In this document: in pieces, positions 52,090 through 60,000 of the stretch
Layout of the letters: each line of letters starts with the position of its first letter
Numbering within the stretch: position 1 is the stretch's first letter
Assembly (NCBI RefSeq): GCF_037042905.1
Contig: NC_087246.1
Location: forward strand, 2,668,001 to 2,728,000
Length of the DNA stretch: 60,000 nucleotides
DNA from: Lytechinus pictus
Taxonomy: Eukaryota
Reading direction: 5' to 3'
Program-made: the position numbers and the translations under genes
The notes under the pieces: generated by a model
What the model saw: the letters and a program-made list of their open reading frames with translations, nothing else
Database searches by the model: none
Told to the model about the DNA's origin: nothing

Positions 52090-53020
52090 ATGATATTGTG
52101 GGGTCTTTGTTAATATTTTTTGTTTGTTTTTATTATTTTTTATAATTTGCTATTTTGAAATAACTGGGTCTGGAGCAAAGACTACACCATATTTCCATGC
52201 TATTCTATGCTGATAAGATTGCACGGTCTTTGTTTTGTTGTTGTTGGTTTGTTTTAATGACTTTTTTATAACTGGGTCTGTAGGAAAGACTACGCTATAT
52301 TTCCATGTTATTCATCATAAATAAGATTGTGGGTCTTTTTTTTTTATTATTAATTTATTTATTATTATTCATCATTTGTTATTTGAAAGATCTGGGTCTG
52401 GATGAAAGACTACGCTATATTTCCATGTTATTTAACATTAATAAGATAGTGGGTGTCTTTGTTACGTGTTGACTCTTTAAAAAATGATTTGTAATTTTGA
52501 AATAAGTGGGTCTGGAGGGAAGACTACGCTATATTTCCATGTTATTGAACATCAATAAGATTGTAGGGCCTTTGTATTATTATTATCATATACCTTTTTA
52601 TGATTTATTATTTTAAAATAACTGATTCTTGAAGAAAGACTACGCTATATTTTCAAGTTATTCAACATCAATGAGATTGTTGGGTCTTTGTTAATATTGT
52701 TCTTTATGACTTTGCTATTTTGAAATAACCGGGGCTGGAACAAAGACTACACCATATTTCGATACTATTCAATGTTGAAAAGATTGCGGGTCTATTTTGG
52801 GTTGTTGTTGTTGTTTTGTTTTTGAATGATTTTTTTATAACTGGGTCTGGAGGAAAGACTATGCTATATTTACATTTTGTTCAGCATTAATAAGATCGTG
52901 GGGTCTTTGTATTTTTGTATTATTATTAATTATTTTTCATTTGCTATTTGAAATATTTGGGTCTGGAGGAAAGATCACGCTAAACTTCTATGTTATTCAA
53001 CATTAAGAAGAATTAATTTT
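52090..53020. repeat. Tandem array of ~110-120-bp units inside the foldback element
   Basis: ataactgggtctggag.aaagactacgctatatttccatgttatt recurs at about 52160, 52268, 52390, 52502, 52619, 52725, 52837 and 52956. Confidence 0.88.
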
Positions 53021-55183
53021 GGGATCTTTATTTGGAAGATTGTTTAAATGTTTTATATTACCGGGTCTGGAGAAAAAAGACTGTGACTTTGCGCTATATG
53101 AACGCATTACTATAGGGTTTTAGTTTAGAAGAGATTCGCCAAAAATCCCTTCAAATTTATAACATTTGTGGGTAAAGTCATTATTACGTTTGTGGGCGAT
53201 CAAAAATAATTACATTTGTGGGTAAAGTGCATTATTACATTTGAGGGTTAAATTATTACATTTGTGGGTAAAGGGTTTTAGTTTTTTGTTTTAAGCAACC
53301 GGGTCTGAAGAAAAGACTACGCTTGATTCTCAATTTACTCTTACCGTATATATTAGTTAAAACAACAACCAAGACATTTATTCCACCAGTTTTAATTAAC
53401 TGGGTCTGGAGAAAAGACTAAGCTCGATTCTTATTTTTATTCCACTGGAATATCATTATTGTATCTTAGTTTGAACTTATATTATAATTTTTGAAATAAC
53501 CAGGTATGGAAAAAAGACTGGACTAAAATTATAATTTTTGAAACAACCGGGTCTGAAAAAAATACTTTGGACTTATATTATAAATTTTGAATTAACCGGG
53601 TCTGGAAAAAAGACTTTGCACTTTTGTGCTATATGAACGCATTACTATAGGGCTTTAGTTTTTAGTTACCGGGTCTGGAGAAAAGACTATGCTTGATTCT
53701 CAATTTACTCTTAGCGTATATATATTCACAATATGCGCCGTATAAGTTCAAACAACAACAAAGACATTTATTCCACCAGTTTTAATTAACTGGGTCTGGA
53801 GAAAAGACTGAGCTCGATTCTTATCATTATCGTATCTTAGTTTGGACTTATTTTATAATTTTTGAAATAACCAGGTCTGTAAAAGGACTTTGGACTCATA
53901 TTATAATTTTTGAATTAACCGGGTCTGGAAAAAAGACTTTGCACTTTTGTGCTATATGAACGCATTACTATAGGGTTTTAGTTTTTAGTTACCGGGTCTG
54001 GAGAAAAGACTATGCTTGATTCTCAATTTACTCTTAGCGCATATATTCACAATACGCGCCGTATAAGTTAAAACAACAACAATGGCATTAATTCCACCAT
54101 TTTTAATTAACTGGGTCTGGAGAAAAGATTAAGCTCAATTCTCATTTTTATTCCACTGAAATATCATTATCGTATCTTAGTTTGGACTTATATTGTATTT
54201 TTTTTAATAACCGGGTCTGGTATTAAAAAGACTTTGTACTTATATTATGATTTGGCGCAAATATTCACTAATGAATGATACGCGCCGTATAAGCTAAAAC
54301 AACAACAACAATTTTTTAAACAACCGGGTCTGGAAAAAAGACTTTGGACTTATATTATAATTTTTTTAACAACCAGGTCTGGAAAAAAGACTTTGCATTT
54401 ATATTTTAATTTGGCTGCTTTTATTTCAAGCTTTCAGCTTACGATAGCTGGCCTCTGCATTTAAATTTATTTGTTATTGTTTACATGAATTATGTCTATA
54501 TCTACTTAACTACTTATTGTCACCTTTGTTACTTGATCATTATGTATGTTTGATTTTATATCATTGTTATAAATTTCTAATTTTGATTTATTAATAAATG
54601 CAGAAATACCTGTTTAATTTTTTTTTTTTATTAACCGGGTCGGGAAAAAAGACTGCACTTTTGTGCTATATGAACGTACTACTATAGGATTTTAGTTTAG
54701 AACGGATTCGCCAAAAATCCCTTCCAATTTATAACATTTGTGGGTAAAGTCATTATTACATTTGTGGGCGATCAAAAATTATTACATTTGTGGGTAAAGT
54801 GCATTATTACATTTGTGGGTGAAATTATTACATTTGTAGGTAAAGTGTTATTACATTTGTGGGCGTTATTACATTTGTGGGTAAAGTGTTAATCCATTTG
54901 TGGACGTTATTACATTTGTGGGCGATTATTACATTTGTGGGTGTAACAGGGTGCTGCGTATGTTATACATCAGAGGCAACACTCCCTGAAAATCAGGATG
55001 GTATGCTGAAATGTTGAAATATGACCGAAAACACCTTCTTTTTGGAGAGAAACCTTTTTATTTTTGGCTTGTCATATTTTTACAATAAAAAAATAAAAAA
55101 ATAAAAAATAATGGCTTGTACTCAAAGGGGCCAGGTTTCTTCATATATCATATCATAGAGGAATATATATATATATATATATA

Positions 55184-58100
55184 GTCCGGGTTATAATTGA
55201 GCAAGGTGCCACAAGAAAAAGGAGAAATTTTCATATAGTGCTTCTAGACCAGTTTTTTACGCTGAATATGAATATATGAGGTAACCAGGCTGTATCCTGA
55301 AAATTAACCAGTGAGGGCGCTTTTTTCAAAATGGCCGCCAAATTTTCAGAACATTTGAATTTTCGTACATAGATTTTGACATAAATATTCCATTGCCACA
55401 AAATTAGTGTCATATGAAAGACAAATAAATTTTCTACAATTTGGTACTATTTATAGGGGATAAGTAGGTCATTTGGCTGAGATTTTAAGTAGAAAACTGC
55501 ATTTTTTGTCATTTTTTCCCAAAAATTGAAAATTTAGCAAATACATGATTTTACATAATTCTGAGAAAAATGAATGAATTACCTTGAAATGTTCCAGAAA
55601 ACTTTATTGACATACTATTATCATGTGGATGAAATTCCAACTCTGTATCATTCTTCTTAGCAAATTTATAAGGTATCAAACTTGAATACTTCAATTTCAG
55701 AAATGTCGCTTTTTGTATGCATTTCCATAGACTAATACGTATAACATGTACTGTACATGTATAATATGTATAATGTATAGTTTAATAAAATTAAATGCAA
55801 TTATCTCCGCTTTTTAACCACTTGGAGAGTTAAGAGTAGGCTTTTCTCTATCAGCTACATAAAACAAAATGTTGGCACGTCAAGGCCTGACCCTCTCATG
55901 GGGTGGGGGTGTCGAAGTCACCCCCCCCCCCCCCTTGCCCTTGGCTATATCATGTTGTTGTATATTGCCTATTTGTTGGAAAAATCTCTGTTTTTTGGAG
56001 CACCCATTGAAGCAAAAACAGGCATTTCTGCTATACAGTACAGTCACTTTGATTGCTTTGAAACCACTTGGAGAGGAAAGAGTATATAGGCTTTGTTCTA
56101 CCAGCTACATACAAAGTGGCACATCGAAGCCTACCCCTCTCGGGGGGGGGGTTGCTTAATATTGCCAATTTATTTGAAAATTCACAATTTTGGACCCAAA
56201 ATTGAGGCAAAAAATCGTTTGTGCTTTGTTGTACACCCCATTTTATTGATTTGAAACTACTTAGAGAGGAAAGAGTAGAGTTTGTTCTACCTGCTACATA
56301 TAAATAAGCACTGGCACATTGAACCCTAGCCCTCTCATGGGCTGTCTAAGTCACCCCCCTCCCCCTCTATATCATGTATATTGCCGATTTATTGGATATT
56401 TCACCATTTTGGATCACCCATTCAGGCAAAAGCGCGTTCCTACTATATAGTACAGCCAATTTTATTTTCTTGCAATGACTTGGAGAGGAAAGATTAGGCT
56501 TTGCTCTATCAGCTACATATAAAGAAGTGTTGGCAAATCAAAGCGTATCTCCTTCAAGCGGCTGTAGAAGTTACCCCACTAATTTTCGGTTTTGGGCTAT
56601 TTGTTGAAAAGTCACCATTTTGGAGCCCCCATTGAAGCAAAAAGGCGTCTCTGATATATAGTTCTGCCACTTTTATTGTCTTGAAACCACTTAGAGAGGA
56701 AAGAATAGGCTTTGCTCTATCAGCTACATAATTTTGTGCTGGCAAATAAAAGCCTACCCCCTTCTGCGGGCTGTCGAAATCACCCCCTCACCCCTTTGAG
56801 TTATTACCTATTTATTGGAAATTCACCTTTTTTGAGCCCCCATTGAGGTAAAAAGACATATCTGATATAAAGTTCTGCCACTTTTATTTCCTTGAAACCA
56901 ATTAAGGAGGAAAGAATATGCTTTGCTCTACAAAGAAGTGCTGGCACATTGAAGCTTACCTATCTTGGCGGCTGTCAAATCACCCCACCCCTCTTGCATT
57001 ATTGCCTAATTATTTGAAAATTCACAATTTTTGAGCCCCCATTGAGGCGATATGCACTTCTGCTGTATAAAACACCCAATTTCATTTTCTTGAAACCACT
57101 TGGAGAGGAAAGAGTAGGTTCCCATCTTTCAGCTATATATAACGAATTGCTGCCATATCGAAGCCTGACCCACTTCAGGGGACTATATAGATGTTACCCC
57201 ACCTTTTTTACGATTTTTTCCAATTCATTGGAAAACTCGCCATTTTGGAGCCCCATTGAGGCAAAAAAGTGTTTCTGGTATATAGTAGAGCCACTTCTTT
57301 ATATGTAGCTGTTAGAGGAAAGCCTACTCTTTCCTCTCCAAGTAGTTTCAAGGCGGTAATAGTGGTAGAACTATATATCAGAACCGCCTTTTTGCCTCAA
57401 TGGGGGCTCCAAAATGGTGAATTTTCCAATAAATAAGCAATAATGAAAAAGGGTGGGGTGATTTCAACAGCCCTCTGATGGGGATAGGCTTTTATTTGCG
57501 AGCATGTCTTTATATGTAGCTGTTAAAGCAAAGCCTATTTTTTCTCTCCAAGAGTTTTCAAGGGTGAAACAAGGCAGAAACATAATCAGAAATGACTTTC
57601 TGCCCCAATGGGGGCTCCAAAGTGGTGATTTTTTCAATAAATAGGCAATAATGCAAAAGGGATGGGTGATTTCGACAGCCTCCTGCTGTTTGCCTGCACT
57701 TTTTTATATGTGGCTGATAAAGCAAAACTTATTCTTTCCTCCCTAAGTGGTTTCAAGGATTTAAAAGTGGCAGAACTATATATCATAAACGCCTTTTTTC
57801 CTCAATGGAGGCTCCAAAATGGTGAATTTCAAGGGGGGGGGGGTAATTTCGACAGTCCCCTAAAGGGAGTAGGCTTTTATTTGCCAGCACATCTTTTTAT
57901 GTAGCTGATAAAGCAAAACCTATTCTTTACTCCCTAAGTGGTTTCAAGGCAGTAATAGTGGCAGAACTATATCAGAAATGCCTTTTTGCCTAAATGGGGG
58001 CTCCAAAATGGTGAATTTTCCAATAAATAGGCAATAATGCAAAAGGGGTGGGGTGATTTCAACAGCCTCCCGGAGGGGGTAGGCTTTTATTTGCCAGCAC

Positions 58101-59857
58101 TTCTTTATATGTGGCTGATAAAGCAAATCCTATTCTTTCCTCCCTAAGTGGTTTCAAGGCAGTAAAAGTGGCAGAACTATATCAGAAACGCCTTTTTGCC
58201 TAAATGGGGGCTCCAAAATGGTGAATTTTTCAATAAATATGCTATAATGCAAAAGGGATGGGGTGATTTCAACAGCATCCCGGAAGGAGTAGGCTTTTCT
58301 TTGCCAGCACTTGTTTATATGCAGCTGATAGAGCAAAGCCTACTCTTTCCTCTACAAGTCATTGCAAGAAAATGAAATTGGCTATATAGTAGAAACGCAC
58401 TTTTGCCTCAATGGGTGATTCAAAATGGTGTAATTTCCAATAAATAGGCAATATACATGATATAGAGGGGGAGGGGTTGACTTAGACAGCGCCTGAGAGG
58501 GATATTTTTCGATGTGCCAGCGCTTCTTAATAATTTGTAGCTGATAGAGCAAAGCCTACGCTTTTCTCTCAAAGTAATTGCAAGAAAATAAAATTGGCTG
58601 TATGATATAGAAACGCCCTTATGCCTCAATGGGTGATCCAAAATGATGAAATTTCCAATAAATAGGCAACATACATGATATAGAGGAGGGGGTGACTTAG
58701 ACAGCCCCTGAGAGGGCTAGGGTTCGATGTGCTAGCGCTTATTTATGTAGCTGGTAGAACAAACTCTACTCTCTCAAATTGATAAAATACTATAAAGCAC
58801 AAACGCTTTTGTGCCTCAATGTTGGGTCCAAAATGGTGAATTTCCAAATACATTGGCAATAAGCAAAAGGGGGAGGGGTGACTTCCCCAGCGCCCTCCTC
58901 CCCGTGAGGGGTTGGCTTCGATGTACGTGCCACTTCTTTTGATATAGCTGGTAGAACAAACATGACAAAGCTTACTCTTTTCCTCTCCAAGTGGTTTCAA
59001 AGTAATTAAAGTGGCTGTACTGTATAGCAGAAATGCCTTTTGCCTCAATGGGTGCTTCAAAAAATAGTGATTTTCCAATAGGGAATATACAACAACATGA
59101 TATAGCCAAAGGGGGTGGGGGGGGGGGCTTCGACACCCCCACCCCATGAGAGTGTTAGGCCTCGATGTGCCAACATTTTGTTTTATGTAGCTGATAGAGA
59201 AAAGCCTACTCTTAACTCTCCAAGTGGTTAAAAAGCGGAGATAATTGCCTTTAAATTTTATTAAACTATACATTATACATATTATACATGTACATGTTAT
59301 ACGTATTAGTCTATGGAAATGCATACAAAAAGCGACATTTCTGAAATTGAAGTATTCAAGTTTGATACCTTATAAATTTGCTAAGAAGAATGATACAGAG
59401 TTGGAATTTCATCCACATGATAATAGTATGTCAATAAAGTTTTCTGGAACATTTCAAGGTAATTCATTCATTTTTCTCAGAATTATGTAAAATCATGTAT
59501 TTGCTAAATTTTCAATTTTTGGGAAAAAATGACAAAAAATGCAGTTTTCTACTTAAAATCTCAGCCAAATGACCTACTTATCCCCTATAAATAGTACCAA
59601 ATTGTAGAAAATTTATTTGTCTTTCATATGACACTAATTTTGTGGCAATGGAATATTTATGTCAAAATCTATGTACGAAAATTCAAATGTTCTGAAAATT
59701 TGGCGGCCATTTTGAAAAAAGCGCCCTCACGGGTTAATTTTCAGGATACAGCCTGGTTACCTCATATATTCATATTCAGCGTAAAAAACTGATCTAGAAG
59801 CACTATATGAAAATTTCTCCTTTTTCTTGTGGCACCTTGCTCAATTATAACCCGGAC
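55184..59857. mobile_element. 4.7-kb palindromic foldback element (non-autonomous DNA transposon)
   Basis: TA|GTCCGGGTTATAATTGAGCAAGGTGCC ... GGCACCTTGCTCAATTATAACCCGGAC|TA. The outer ~690 bp are reverse complements with only about four differences seen by eye. The inner ~210-bp repeats invert at about 57290. Confidence 0.93.
55810..59230. repeat. Head-to-head arrays of ~210-bp tandem units within the palindrome
   Basis: aaccacttggagaggaaagagtaggctttg.tcta.cagctacat at about 55817, 56061, 56255, 56478, 56685, 56896, 57093. Its reverse complement at about 57307, 57517, 57711, 57901, 58111, 58321, 58537, 58747, 58945, 59187. Confidence 0.9.
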
Positions 59858-60000
59858 TATTAATACATATGTTGGTGTAAAGTCATCTGTTTACTTCATC
59901 TAATCAGTGATACCTGATCACGATTAAAGTCATAGCCCATAAACCATCCAGCCATTAGGACTAGTCTCGGATCATAGGCCTTTGTTAATCTTTACTCCAA

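Larger units (their letters stand above)
49789..54948. mobile_element. 5.2-kb non-autonomous foldback DNA transposon with TGT...ACA termini and 5-bp TSD (Ginger-like)
   Basis: GGGTG|TGTTGTACCCACAAATG ... CATTTGTGGGTGTAACA|GGGTG. TIRs of about 230-270 bp are built from CCCACAAATGTAATAA units (about 8 left, 10 right). Internal CCAGACCC(G/A)GTT repeats flip orientation near 52050-52100. No transposase ORF. Confidence 0.88.

Noticed and set aside
49789..54948. CRISPR-like appearance of short repeats separated by variable sequence
   Set aside because: Eukaryotic context, no cas genes, the intervening sequences are related to each other, and the arrays are mirror-imaged inside TIRs with a TSD.
58743..59324. 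193-aa ORF and other short ORFs in the palindrome
   Set aside because: Derived from tandem repeat units; the mirror arm does not keep the same frame and no DDE motifs are visible.

Overview
AT-rich, intron-rich animal genomic DNA. The repeat landscape (tRNA-headed SINEs, an L2 LINE remnant, many MITE types) suggests a marine invertebrate deuterostome, probably a sea urchin; this is inference. The main gene is a minus-strand nicotinic acetylcholine receptor alpha-type subunit. Six coding exons splice in consistent phase (33104-32965, 28180-28136, 23527-23418, 22322-21442, 20966-20821, 20388-20182), giving about 509 aa without the signal-peptide exon, which I could not place. The subunit keeps the Cys-loop, loop A/B aromatics and vicinal CC, but has several substitutions at normally conserved positions and a long C-terminal tail. 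A phase-1 signal-peptide exon of a second minus-strand gene lies at 5649-5577, possibly a tandem paralogue continuing off the left edge. The right-hand 10 kb holds two adjacent non-coding foldback elements. One is a 5.2-kb TGT...ACA element with a 5-bp GGGTG target duplication, nested repeat arrays and an internal 200-nt hairpin (49789-54948). The other is a 4.7-kb spacerless palindrome with near-identical ~690-bp ends and ~210-bp inner repeats (55184-59857). Apart from three ORFs overlapping receptor exons, the supplied ORFs look spurious.
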